Positions 8,845 through 18,324 of a stretch of 64,000 nucleotides of DNA are shown here, piece after piece. The DNA comes from Myxococcota bacterium (GTDB taxonomy: Bacteria > Myxococcota_A > UBA796 > SXON01). Position 1 is the stretch's first letter; every line of letters begins with the position of its first letter. The stretch is from contig JAZKFH010000018.1 of NCBI GenBank assembly GCA_040386535.1, positions 1 to 64,000 of the forward strand, in the 5' to 3' direction. Made by a program: the position numbers and the translations under genes. A model generated the notes under the pieces. It was not told the origin of the DNA, did not search any database, and worked only from the letters and a program-made list of their open reading frames with translations.

Positions 8845-9357
8845 TCAGATCTCCAACCAAACCGGCGCCCGCCCGATCGCCTCGAGAAACCGCACCAGCT
8901 CCCCGACCGCGATCCGCACGGTGGCCTCGTTGTGGAGGGGGTGCACGCCCACGAACGCGTGGCGCTCGATGCCGCGGTCGAGCACCATGCGCACCCCACC
9001 GCCCCGCGCCACGTCGTTCACCATCGCCAGCGGGCTCACCGAGCCTGGCTCGATGCCGAGCACGCGGCGGAGCCGGTCGGGGCTGCCGAAGCTGACGGAG
9101 CCGTAGGCGTTGAGCGCGGCGCGGAGGGCGCGGATGTCGATGGCGCGGTCCTCGAGCGCCGTCACGACCCACATCTGCTCGCGCTTGTCGCGCAAGAAGA
9201 GGTTCTTGACGTGGGCGGCGTCGATGTCGCCGCGGAGCAGCTTGGCGTCCTCGACCGTGCGGAGCGGCGGGTGGCGGAACACGGTGTAGGCCACGCCGAG
9301 CGCGTCGAGCTGCGAGAGGACCGGCACTTCCCGGGGATCCACGGCACCGGAATCCAT
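8845..9357 (-). CDS. YbaK/ProX-family aminoacyl-tRNA trans-editing deacylase (PrdX-like)
   Basis: HPPLRTVEDA, KNLFLRDK, LGIEPGSVSPLA, HPLHNEAT. Confidence 0.9.
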   Translation of the reverse strand: MDSGAVDPREVPVLSQLDALGVAYTVFRHPPLRTVEDAKLLRGDIDAAHVKNLFLRDKREQMWVVTALEDRAIDIRALRAALNAYGSVSFGSPDRLRRVLGIEPGSVSPLAMVNDVARGGGVRMVLDRGIERHAFVGVHPLHNEATVRIAVGELVRFLEAIGRAPVWLEI

Positions 9358-9359
9358 GG

Positions 9360-9860
9360 TCAGAACGCCCACCCGATGTTCGTGTGCGCGGCCGGGAGCA
9401 CCCCGTGAACGCCGCCGCCGTCGACGTCCGAGCCGTAGTCGAAGTACGACACGCCGAGGCCGCCCGACAGCACGAGTCCCGGGCCGAGGATCCCGGTGAA
9501 GCCGACGAGCAGGCTCGTGTAGCCGCCGAGCTCACCCCGGCCGTCGGAGACGACGTCGGCGAGCACGCCCCGCGCCATGACCCAGGCGCCGCGCGGCGCC
9601 GTGCCCCACACGAACCCGCGCACGCCCACCTCGCCGCCGTAGCCGCGGAACGAGCCGGGGGGAAAACCCAGCACGCTGTCGAACAGGCGAAGGCTCGGCC
9701 CCGCGTACACGGACACGCGCGGCCCGAGGGCACGCTCGACCTGCACGTGCACGAACCCGAGCGCGGTGGTCAACGGATCGAACGTCACCGTCCACTGCGG
9801 CGCGGACGCCGGCTCCGCTACCGGATCCGCCGCCAGCGCCAGCCCCGACAGCAGCAGCAT
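9360..9860 (-). CDS. Secreted/outer-membrane beta-barrel-like hypothetical protein
   Basis: Signal peptide, alternating beta-strand pattern, C-terminal NIGWAF (BamA-type aromatic end). ATG overlaps the upstream TGA. Confidence 0.75.
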   Translation of the reverse strand: MLLLSGLALAADPVAEPASAPQWTVTFDPLTTALGFVHVQVERALGPRVSVYAGPSLRLFDSVLGFPPGSFRGYGGEVGVRGFVWGTAPRGAWVMARGVLADVVSDGRGELGGYTSLLVGFTGILGPGLVLSGGLGVSYFDYGSDVDGGGVHGVLPAAHTNIGWAF

Positions 9861-11074
9861 CACTCGCGCAAATACCCGCGCCCGAAGATGACCTGCTCGA
9901 TTCGGTGCGAGCCGTGCAGCCCTTCGAGGCGACGCAACAGGTCCTCGAGCGCGACCACGGACGAGCGCCCCATGTCCACGTGGTAGACGACGGCGCGGCC
10001 GTCGCGGCGCACGTCGGGGTCGGAGATGTAGTGCATCCGGCCGCCGTCCTTGCTGCCCCAGGCGCCGTCCCAGCCGGCCATGTACCAGTCGCCGATCAAC
10101 GCGTCGGCGTCCTCGATGGCGCCGCCGCCCGCGAACAGGATCTGGATAGGGAGCTGATCCCAGGGCGCCTGGGTGGACACGCGCAGGTCGAACGCGCGCT
10201 CCCGCCACGCGAACAACACCTGGGCGCGGGCGAGCGCCTGGTAGTCGGCCAACGCCACGACCATCGGCTGATCGCCCACCTGGCCGATCTCGGAGGTCTG
10301 CGGGTTCACCAGATCGACGCGCACGGCGGCGTAGGGGCGGGCGCCGTCGGGGATGATGGGGACGATGCGGCCGTCGGGCGCACGCTTCATGCGGGCGGCC
10401 TCGGCGATCCAGCCCAGCTTTTCCTGGGTGGCGGCGTAGTGGTCGAACATGTCGACGTAGCTGCCGCGGTGCGCGTTGAGCAGCTCGCGCGGGTGGATGT
10501 CCTCGCGCACGAAGCGCGCCACGTCCGCCAGGAACGCGCCCGCGCCCTCGATGAACGGGTCCTCGTCGCGATCCTCCTCGACGTAGCGGGACAACTCGCG
10601 GCGCCCCTCCTCGAGGTTGCCCCACGCGAAGAGCAGGTGCGCGAGGCCCTGGCGGGCGCGCGGCTGGCCGGGGGTGGCGACGAGCACGCGGAGGTAGGCG
10701 GCCTGGGCCTCGCCGGGCAGGTCGAGGTCCTCACAGGCCGCAGCGAGCGAGAGCAGGAAGCCCTCGATCATCGTGTCCGCCTGCACCTTGCGGTCGGGGT
10801 GGGCGGCCACCTCGGCCTGCAGCGCCACGATCGCCTGCTCGATGAGCGGCTTGCCCAACTCGGGCTCGCCGAGCTGGAGGTGCACCACGCCGAGCGCGTT
10901 GAGCAGATCGGGGCGGTCGGGCGCGGCCTCGACGGCTTCGAGCAGGAGCTTGCGCGCCTCGCGGGGGTTCTCTTCCGAGAGCGCTTTGAGGGCGCGCTCG
11001 GCGAGCCCTTCGGGGGACGAGGGGGGCGTTTCGGACGTGGCCACGGGCTCTCCGGAGGGGCAGGAGCCTACCAT
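9860..11074 (-). CDS. Tetratricopeptide-repeat protein
   Basis: TPR-like helices (APDRPDLLNALGVVHLQLGE, PGQPRARQGLAHLL). Start is ATG 11074 or GTG 11044; the longer ORF extension overlaps thyX antisense. Confidence 0.8.
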   Translation of the reverse strand: MVGSCPSGEPVATSETPPSSPEGLAERALKALSEENPREARKLLLEAVEAAPDRPDLLNALGVVHLQLGEPELGKPLIEQAIVALQAEVAAHPDRKVQADTMIEGFLLSLAAACEDLDLPGEAQAAYLRVLVATPGQPRARQGLAHLLFAWGNLEEGRRELSRYVEEDRDEDPFIEGAGAFLADVARFVREDIHPRELLNAHRGSYVDMFDHYAATQEKLGWIAEAARMKRAPDGRIVPIIPDGARPYAAVRVDLVNPQTSEIGQVGDQPMVVALADYQALARAQVLFAWRERAFDLRVSTQAPWDQLPIQILFAGGGAIEDADALIGDWYMAGWDGAWGSKDGGRMHYISDPDVRRDGRAVVYHVDMGRSSVVALEDLLRRLEGLHGSHRIEQVIFGRGYLRE

Positions 11075-11119
11075 GGAGCACGACGCGGCGGCCCCCCCGG
11101 GCCGGGTTAGGCGGCCCCC

Positions 11120-12043
11120 ATGCCCCCTGCCACGCCCCCCGCCGACGCGCTCCCTCCCGACGTCGCCGCCGCCCTCGAGGAGCAACGCGCCCAGCGCCAC
11201 GTGACGCGCCGGCCCACCGTGCCCGCGCTCGAAGAGCGGCTGTTCACGCCGATCCCGTGCCTCGACCACGGGTTCGTGCGCGCGGTCGACTACATGGGGG
11301 ACGACGGCGCGGTGGTGCAGGCGGCGCGCGTGTCGTACGGCACCGGCACCAAGAAGGTGAGCGAAGATCGCGGCCTCATCCGCTACCTGATGCGTCACCG
11401 CCACACGACGCCGTTCGAGATGTGCGAGCTCAAGCTGCACGTGAAGCTCCCCATCTTCGTGGCGCGCCAGTGGATCCGGCACCGCACCGCCAACGTGAAC
11501 GAGAACTCGGGCCGCTACTCGATCCTCGACAAGGAGTTCTACCTCCCCCGGCCCGAGGACCTCGCGGTGCAGTCCGCCAACAACAAGCAGGGCCGCGGCG
11601 AGGTGCTCGACGCCGACACCGCCGCCGAGGTGCTCCGGTTGTTGCGTCGCGACGCGGAGCAGACCTACGACACCTACGAGGCGCTGCTCGACACGCACCA
11701 CCTCGCCCGCGAGCTCGCGCGGATGAACCTCGGCGTGAACTACTATACGCAGTGGTACTGGAAGATCGACCTGCACAACCTCCTCCACTTCCTCTCGCTC
11801 CGCATCGATCCGCACGCGCAGTACGAGATCCGCGTGTACGGCGAGGCCATGGCTGGCCTGGTCAAGGCGTGGACCCCGCTCGTGTGGGAGGCCTTCGAGG
11901 ACTACCGCGTCGGCGCGCTCACGCTCTCGCGGCAGATGCTCGACGTGGTCCGCCGGCGCCTCGGGGGGGAGGTCGTGACCTTCCCGTCCAGCGGCCTCTC
12001 CCGGCGCGAGTGGGACGAGCTCACCGCCGCGTTGCAGGCATGA
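11120..12043 (+). CDS. thyX: FAD-dependent thymidylate synthase
   Basis: AARVSY, HTTPFE, and ThyX motif [14 protein letters not shown]. Confidence 0.97.
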   Translation: MPPATPPADALPPDVAAALEEQRAQRHVTRRPTVPALEERLFTPIPCLDHGFVRAVDYMGDDGAVVQAARVSYGTGTKKVSEDRGLIRYLMRHRHTTPFEMCELKLHVKLPIFVARQWIRHRTANVNENSGRYSILDKEFYLPRPEDLAVQSANNKQGRGEVLDADTAAEVLRLLRRDAEQTYDTYEALLDTHHLARELARMNLGVNYYTQWYWKIDLHNLLHFLSLRIDPHAQYEIRVYGEAMAGLVKAWTPLVWEAFEDYRVGALTLSRQMLDVVRRRLGGEVVTFPSSGLSRREWDELTAALQA

Positions 12044-12546
12044 GCGTGCCCTTCCTGCTCGCCCTGTTCGCCTGCTCGCCCGACGAGCCGCTCGATCAGC
12101 CCAACACCCCGCCGCCGCCCCCGGCGATGTACGGCGTCGTCGAGGCCGACGTGGCCCGCTACACCGGCCTCGCCACCGAGATCCACGGGCCCACGCGCTC
12201 GTTCGTGCTCACCGGCGAGGGCAAACGCGTGCTCGCCATGCTCTCCGAGACCGCCACGCTCCGCCTCGGCGGCATGCCCTCCCAGGTGCAGGACCTGGCG
12301 AGCGGCACCACGCTCTACGTCGAGGGCCGTCGCGACGGGGACACGCTCCTCGTGCTGCGCGCCACCGACACGCCCGACGCGAACGACGCCGCGGCGGCGG
12401 GGTTGCCCGTGCCCGCGGGCGCCGAAGTCGTGGCGCCGGAGATTCCGGAGGTCGCGGTCCCCGTCGTGGAGCCCCCGGTGCCCCCCGTCGAGCCCCCGGT
12501 GCCCGTCGTCGAGCCCACGCAGCCCCTGGTCATGCCGCCCACGTGA
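12040..12546 (+). CDS. Lipoprotein with Pro-rich tail, hypothetical
   Basis: Lipobox [16 protein letters not shown] overlap with thyX, VEPPVP repeats. Confidence 0.75.
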   Translation: MSVPFLLALFACSPDEPLDQPNTPPPPPAMYGVVEADVARYTGLATEIHGPTRSFVLTGEGKRVLAMLSETATLRLGGMPSQVQDLASGTTLYVEGRRDGDTLLVLRATDTPDANDAAAAGLPVPAGAEVVAPEIPEVAVPVVEPPVPPVEPPVPVVEPTQPLVMPPT

Positions 12547-12679
12547 TCGGTCGGTCACGCGTCTGGGCAGCCGGTCCGCGCCCGAGCCCGCGGCCGCTGC
12601 GGCAACGGGCAGGCAACGCGGACGGTCGGCTTGGCAAGCACCCGCGCGGTGCGTACCTCTCCGGGAGCCGGAGTCGCCC

Positions 12680-13228
12680 CTGCCCCTGACCGACGACCTC
12701 GCCCCCCTCACCGTGACCGACCCCGACGGGCAGCCGGTGGTGCTGGGCTCGCTCTGGGCCGACCGGCCGGTCGTCCTGGTGTTCATCCGCCACTTTGGTT
12801 GACTGTTCTGCCGCGAGCAGGTCCGCTCGCTGTCGAACCACCTCGATCGGTTCCGCGCCCTCGGCGCCGACCTCGTCGTCGTGAGCACCGGGTCACCGGA
12901 GGAGGCGCGTGCCTTCAAGGAAGAGCGCGGGCTGGCCTTCCCCGTGCTGGTCGATCCGCGCATGCGCGCCTACCGCGCCGCGGGGATGCGGCGGGGCGTC
13001 GCGGCCACGTTCAACCTGCGCACGATCACCAACGCGATGCGGGCGATGAAGGAGGGCGAGCACCAGGGCCGCACCCAGGGGGACCCCTGGCAGCTCGGCG
13101 GCGCCTTCGTGATCCTGCCCGGAGGGCGCGTGGTGTACGAGCAGCGGAGCGACGCCGCCGGTGATCACGCCGATCCGGAGGCGATGCTCGCGGCGCTCGC
13201 GCAAACGACGGCGGGATCGACGTCGTAG
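12680..13228 (+). CDS. Peroxiredoxin-like (AhpC/TSA_2, PRXL2/SelU-like) selenoprotein with UxxC motif
   Basis: One continuous frame ...LGSLWADRPVVLVFIRHFG-TGA(12800-12802)-LFCREQ...QGDPWQLGGAFVI. Probable CTG start at 12680 after GGAG; alternative GTG at 12713. Confidence 0.88.
12803..12838 (+). promoter_or_regulatory. Putative bacterial SECIS element
   Basis: Stem GCGAGC(12813-18), loop AGGTCC, stem GCTCGC(12825-30), extendable by GTTC/GAAC. The stem starts 11 nt after the UGA. Confidence 0.75.
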
Positions 13229-13231
13229 CAG

Positions 13232-14842
13232 TCACATCCCGCTGCCGAGGAACACGTGGGCCGCCCCGAGCCCCAGGTCGGTGCCCGGCGCGCCAAGGAC
13301 GAGGTCGGGCTGGCCGTCGCCGTCGAGGTCCGGCGCCGCGAGGGAGAGGCCGAGCAGATCGTCGGCCGCCCCGCCGCTGAACGTCGCGTCGGCGTCCGAG
13401 GGGCCGTAGGCGCCCACGCGCGGCACGCCGCCGAACAACCAGGCCGCGCCGTCTCGCCCGCCCACGAGGAGCTCGTCGGTGCCGTTGCCATCGAGGTCCG
13501 GGACCACCTCGAGCGACTCCGCGAAGTAGCCCCCTTCCTCGGCGCCAGTGAAGGCGTAGGTGGCCGTGGAGGCGTTGGTGTCGCCGGCGTAGCGGGTCGC
13601 CTGGCCGGAAAACACCCAGACCCACCCGCGGAAGTTCTGGGCGGTCTGCGAGGCGGTGGCGAGGTCGCCGTATCCGTCGCCGTCGAAGTCGCCGGCTCCG
13701 AGCACCCGCCCCATCCCGACGGCGCCCGCGTCGTCCGGGCCGAGGAAGCTCGCGTCCCAGGCGTACAGATTGCCCTTCGGCGGCGAGAAGAACCGCTCGG
13801 TGCCGCCGTAGAGCAGGCGCGTCTTCCCGGGGGTGTCGCCCGTGGGGTCGCCGTTCGAGTAGTCGCAGGCGAGCAGGTCGGAGAGACCGTCGCCGTCGAG
13901 ATCGCCGTGGGCGAGCCCCGCCGCGCCGTCGCACCGGAGCGAGCTCTCGCTCGCCCAGCCCGCCTCGTCCTCGAGGGCGATGCGCCCGGTCATCGGCGTG
14001 GCGCTCCCGTACACGAGGTACACGGAGCCGTAGTCGGCCAGCAGCACGTCGGCGAGGCCGTCGCCGTCGACATCCCCGGCGCCCGACACCGTGGTCCCGA
14101 TGGAGCCGTACTCCGCGTCGTCGCCGAAGGTCGCGTCGCCGAGCGCGGCGGAATCGTTGGAGAAGCGCGTGGGGCCCCCGTAGAAGAGCCGGGCCAGGCC
14201 GGTGTAGCCGCCCACCTCCGTGTCGCACGCGGTGCCGACGATCACGTCGGCGAACCCGTCGCCGTTCACATCCCCGGCGGCCGCCACGTCGTTCAGGCAG
14301 CGCCCGAAGTCGTAGCGGGGGAGCGCCGACGCCACGATGTCGCCCGCGAGCGGATCCTGGCCGTATCCGAACCACAACGCGCCGTTGTCCTGCCCCGCGT
14401 TGCCGCCGTCCCGGGCGAGGAGCAGGTCTCCGTAGCCGTCCCCGTCGAGGTCTCCGGCGGCGACCAGCTGCTCGCCGAGCCGATCGTCCGCGGCGTCGCC
14501 GAGGTACCGGGCGTCCGCCTCCGCGATGTCGTGCGCGCCGCTCCACAGGCACAGGACGTCGGCGCCGTCGCAGTCCTGGTCGATGGCGTCTCCGCACACC
14601 TCGACGCCGCCGGGGAAGCGCGTGGCGTCGTCGTCCGCGCAGTCGCCGTCCACCGACACGTACCCGTCGGGCACGACGCACCCCGAGCGCGCGTCCCCCG
14701 CGCCGAAGCCGTCGCCGTCGTTGTCGGCGAAGAACGCGGCGGTGCACGCGGTGTCGGTGCCGGAGTCGCCGCCGGTGTCGTCCCCAGGCTTGTTATCGGA
14801 GGGGCCGGCACAGGCGAGGACGGCGAGGAGGAGAAGGGGCAT
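13232..14842 (-). CDS. FG-GAP/integrin-alpha repeat lipoprotein with DxDGDG-DCDD metal-binding motif
   Basis: Lipobox LAVLAC, DNDGDGFG..DCADDD..EVCGDAIDQDCDG, and repeated GD(L/V/F)DGDG.DL motifs. Confidence 0.9.
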   Translation of the reverse strand: MPLLLLAVLACAGPSDNKPGDDTGGDSGTDTACTAAFFADNDGDGFGAGDARSGCVVPDGYVSVDGDCADDDATRFPGGVEVCGDAIDQDCDGADVLCLWSGAHDIAEADARYLGDAADDRLGEQLVAAGDLDGDGYGDLLLARDGGNAGQDNGALWFGYGQDPLAGDIVASALPRYDFGRCLNDVAAAGDVNGDGFADVIVGTACDTEVGGYTGLARLFYGGPTRFSNDSAALGDATFGDDAEYGSIGTTVSGAGDVDGDGLADVLLADYGSVYLVYGSATPMTGRIALEDEAGWASESSLRCDGAAGLAHGDLDGDGLSDLLACDYSNGDPTGDTPGKTRLLYGGTERFFSPPKGNLYAWDASFLGPDDAGAVGMGRVLGAGDFDGDGYGDLATASQTAQNFRGWVWVFSGQATRYAGDTNASTATYAFTGAEEGGYFAESLEVVPDLDGNGTDELLVGGRDGAAWLFGGVPRVGAYGPSDADATFSGGAADDLLGLSLAAPDLDGDGQPDLVLGAPGTDLGLGAAHVFLGSGM

Positions 14843-14866
14843 CGGGGCGTCCGGGGCGGGCTCGGA

Positions 14867-16600
14867 CTATGCGCGGTCCGCGTGGCGATCCGCCACCGCC
14901 GGGCCGACGGCGTCGACCGCGTGCGGAGGCGTGCCGACGGGCTCCGCCCCGTACGCCGCCCGGTATGCCGCGTGGGTCGCCACCAGCGTCGCGTGTGGCC
15001 CCCGGGCCTCGCCCCGCCCGTCGCGCAGGTAGAGCACGACGTCGGCACGCGCGAGCGTGGCCGGGCGGTGCGTCACCACGACGATGGCGGTCCCGGCGCG
15101 ATCGAGGCCCTCCCAGAAGCGGGCCTCGGTATCGGCGTCGAGCGCCGAGGTCGCGTCGTCGAGGAGCAGGACCGGCAGCCCCGCGGCGAGGGCGCGGGCG
15201 AGCTGAACGCGCTGCTGCTGCCCGCCGGAGAGGGTCACGCCGCGCTCGCCCACGGGCGTCGCGAGGCCGAGCGGCCAGCCGCCGACATCCTCGGTGAGGC
15301 ACGCGGCGTCGAGCAGGGCGGGCAGGCGGGCGGCGTCGCGCGCAGCGTCGTCGTCCTCCGCGCCGGCTCCGCCGAGCAGGATGTTCTCCGCGACGGTCAC
15401 GGAGAGGATGACCGGATCCTGCGGCACCCACGCGGGCGCCGGCACCGCGGACGGCCCCCCGACCAGCCGCACCTGGCCGGCGAGCGCGGCGAGGAGCGTG
15501 GACTTGCCCGCGCCGACGGGCCCCGTCACCGCGAGGAGCTGCCCGGGGCGCACGACGAGGGGGGTGCCGAGGTCGAGGCGGAGGTGGGGGGTGGCGAGGA
15601 CCGCGGGGATGGTGAGCACGCCCGAGTCGCCGCGGACCGCGGGCGCGGCGGCGGGCAGCTCGATGAGGGTCTGGAGCCGCGCGAGCGAGGCCGACGCCTG
15701 CCGGAAGCGCACGACGAACGCGCCAAAATCGAACATCGGAAACACGAGCGTCATGACGAAGCCGTTGAACGCCACGAAGTCGCCGATGCCGAGCGCGCCG
15801 TCCATGACCCGCATCCCGCCGGCAAACAGGAGCGCGGCGAGCGCCACCTGCCAGCCGTAGCCGTACTCGATCATGTGGAACTGCACGAGCCGCGCGTTGG
15901 CGACCTCGGCGTCCACCTGCGCGGCGGCGGCCTTCGTGAACGCGCGGCGCGCGAGCCCCCCGAGCCCGCGCGCCTGGACGACGCGGACGCCGTCGAACAC
16001 GTCCTGCACCACGCCGCCGACGCGCGAGACGGTCTGCTGCACGGCGTCCGCGCGGCGCCCGAGCTCGCGGCCCGCCACGATCTGCGAGATCACCAGGAGC
16101 GGCAGCGGCGCGATCGCCCACAGCGTGAGGACCGGATCGAGCAGCACCATGCCGATCACGCATGCGGTCACGATGAGCAGGGCCTCGTAGGCGCGGAACA
16201 CGCCGCTGCACAGGAACCACGCGAGCTTCTCGGTGCTCACGTCGTCCGTGAGGCGGGTGATGAGATCTCCGGTGCGCCACGGCGCGAGCGCGCCCGGCTC
16301 GGCGGCGGCCACGGCGGCGAACACGCGGCGGCGCGCGGCCTGCTGGATGCGCTCGTTCACCCGCGTACGCGTGCCCTGCACCGACACGTAGAGGATCGAC
16401 TGGCCGATTCCCACCGCGAGGCAGGTGAGCGCGGCGCGGGTCAGCTCGCCGCCCTGCGCCGCGTCGAGCACGGTCTTCCACAGCCACGCGAAGCCCGCGT
16501 GCAGCGCCGCGGTGAGCGCGCTCCCCACGAGCAGCCACGCCATCGCGCCGCCGTGGCCTCGCCAGACATAGCGGAACCAGCGCCAGGTGAGCGTGGTCAT
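14867..16600 (-). CDS. ABC exporter, fused permease/ATPase (degenerate Walker B)
   Basis: TM domain, GPVGAGKST, LSGGQQQ, LLLDD. Start ATG 16600 overlaps the upstream stop. Confidence 0.92.
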   Translation of the reverse strand: MTTLTWRWFRYVWRGHGGAMAWLLVGSALTAALHAGFAWLWKTVLDAAQGGELTRAALTCLAVGIGQSILYVSVQGTRTRVNERIQQAARRRVFAAVAAAEPGALAPWRTGDLITRLTDDVSTEKLAWFLCSGVFRAYEALLIVTACVIGMVLLDPVLTLWAIAPLPLLVISQIVAGRELGRRADAVQQTVSRVGGVVQDVFDGVRVVQARGLGGLARRAFTKAAAAQVDAEVANARLVQFHMIEYGYGWQVALAALLFAGGMRVMDGALGIGDFVAFNGFVMTLVFPMFDFGAFVVRFRQASASLARLQTLIELPAAAPAVRGDSGVLTIPAVLATPHLRLDLGTPLVVRPGQLLAVTGPVGAGKSTLLAALAGQVRLVGGPSAVPAPAWVPQDPVILSVTVAENILLGGAGAEDDDAARDAARLPALLDAACLTEDVGGWPLGLATPVGERGVTLSGGQQQRVQLARALAAGLPVLLLDDATSALDADTEARFWEGLDRAGTAIVVVTHRPATLARADVVLYLRDGRGEARGPHATLVATHAAYRAAYGAEPVGTPPHAVDAVGPAVADRHADRA

Positions 16601-18291
16601 GCCGCGGCGCCCTCCGCCGCGAGCTGGGCGCGCCAGAGCTGGGCGTAGCGGCCGCCGAGCGCCAACAACGCCGCGTGCGTGCCGCTCTCCGCGACGGTGC
16701 CCTTGTCGACGACGTAGATGTGGTCGGCGTCCGCGACGGTGCGTAGCCGGTGCGCCACCGTCACCCGCGTGCGCCCCGGCCGCGCGGCGAGGAGCGCCTG
16801 GATGCGGGCTTCGGTGGCCGGATCCATGGCGGCCGTGGCCTCGTCGAGGACGAGCACGGACGGGTCGGTGGCGATGGCGCGCGCGAAGCACAGCAGCTGC
16901 GCCTCGCCGCGGGAGAGCGCGGTGCCTCCCTCGCCGACGAGCGAGTCGGGCGCGAGCCGCCCGTCCAGCCCGACCTCGGCGAGCAGGCGCGCCGCCGTGG
17001 GCGCGTCGACGCCCAGGTTCTCGGCGACCGTGCCCGGAAGCACGTGGACCGCCTGGAGCACCAGGCCGATGTGCGCGCGGAGCACGGCGGGATCGAGCGT
17101 GCGGACGTCCACGCCGTCCACCGTGACCCGCCCGGCGTCGGCATCGCGGAAACGGAAGAAGAGCTGCACCAGCGTGGACTTGCCCGACCCGGTGGCCCCC
17201 ACGAGCGCTACGTGTCGGCCCGCGGGCACGGCCAGCGAGAGGCCGCGCAGGACCGGCACGCCGGGGATGTAGGCGAGGTGCACGTCTTCGAGGCGGAGGG
17301 CGTCGACGAGGCCGGGCCAGGGCGCGGGCGCGGCCGGCGCGCGGATCGTCGGCTCCTGCGCGAGCAGCTCGCGGATGCGGCGCTCGCCGGCCCGGGCCTT
17401 CTCGAGGGTGACGAGGTGGAATTGCAGGCGGATGAACGGCTCGAACATCTTGCGGAGGTAGTCGAGCGTCATCAGGAGCACGCCGAGCGTGAGCGCGCCG
17501 CGCGACACGGCAACGGCGCCCACCCAGAGGATCGCGGCGTAGGCCACGGTGCGCACGGCGAACAGGCTGTTGAAGAACCACACCATCGCGAGGCCCGCGC
17601 GGTAGTCGGCCTCGAACTTCTCCTCGGAGAGGCGCTCGGCGCGGGCGAGCATCCAGTCGACGCGGCCGTAGGCGCGCAGGAGCGGCAGCGCGCGGAGGTG
17701 CTCGGCCACGAACCCGGTGAGGCGGGCGGCGACCTCGCGGGCGTGGAGGAATCGCTGGGGTGACACCCTACGGAAGCCGTACAGGAGCACGGCGTAGATG
17801 GGGAGGGTGGCCGCGACGAGCGCCGCCATCAACGGCGCCTTGATGGTGAGCACCCCGAGGAGGCCCACGAACAGCAGCAGATCGGGGCCGGCCTGGAGCA
17901 CGACCTCGGAGAGCAGGGTGCGCAGGGCCTCGGTGTCACCCTGCACGCGGGCCATCAGGCGGCCGGGCGGATGCTGGTCGTGGAAGGCCAGGTCATGGTC
18001 GAGGAGGTGGGCGAACAGCCGCTCCTTGACGCCGCGCATCACGTCCTGAGCGATGCGCTCGATGCCGACGCGGGCCGCCCAGGTGAGCCCGCCCGCGCCG
18101 AGGACCGCCCCGGCGTAAAGCACCGCGGTCCGCAGGAGCCCGTCACGGTCGTTGCCCGCCACGTCGACGTCGAGCGCGCGCCCGACCAGCCAGGAGCTGG
18201 ACAGGGAGAGCACCGTAGCCCCGAGCAGGAGCGCCTCGTACAGGACGAGGCGCCCCACGTGGGGCCGGAACCAAGGCAGGAGCCAACGCAT
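16597..18291 (-). CDS. ABC exporter, fused permease/ATPase
   Basis: TM domain, GATGSGKST, degenerate signature LSRGE, VLDEAT, AHRL. Confidence 0.93.
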   Translation of the reverse strand: MRWLLPWFRPHVGRLVLYEALLLGATVLSLSSSWLVGRALDVDVAGNDRDGLLRTAVLYAGAVLGAGGLTWAARVGIERIAQDVMRGVKERLFAHLLDHDLAFHDQHPPGRLMARVQGDTEALRTLLSEVVLQAGPDLLLFVGLLGVLTIKAPLMAALVAATLPIYAVLLYGFRRVSPQRFLHAREVAARLTGFVAEHLRALPLLRAYGRVDWMLARAERLSEEKFEADYRAGLAMVWFFNSLFAVRTVAYAAILWVGAVAVSRGALTLGVLLMTLDYLRKMFEPFIRLQFHLVTLEKARAGERRIRELLAQEPTIRAPAAPAPWPGLVDALRLEDVHLAYIPGVPVLRGLSLAVPAGRHVALVGATGSGKSTLVQLFFRFRDADAGRVTVDGVDVRTLDPAVLRAHIGLVLQAVHVLPGTVAENLGVDAPTAARLLAEVGLDGRLAPDSLVGEGGTALSRGEAQLLCFARAIATDPSVLVLDEATAAMDPATEARIQALLAARPGRTRVTVAHRLRTVADADHIYVVDKGTVAESGTHAALLALGGRYAQLWRAQLAAEGAAA

Positions 18292-18324
18292 CGCGCCGCC
18301 GGCCTAACCCGTGCCCGGCCGGTT

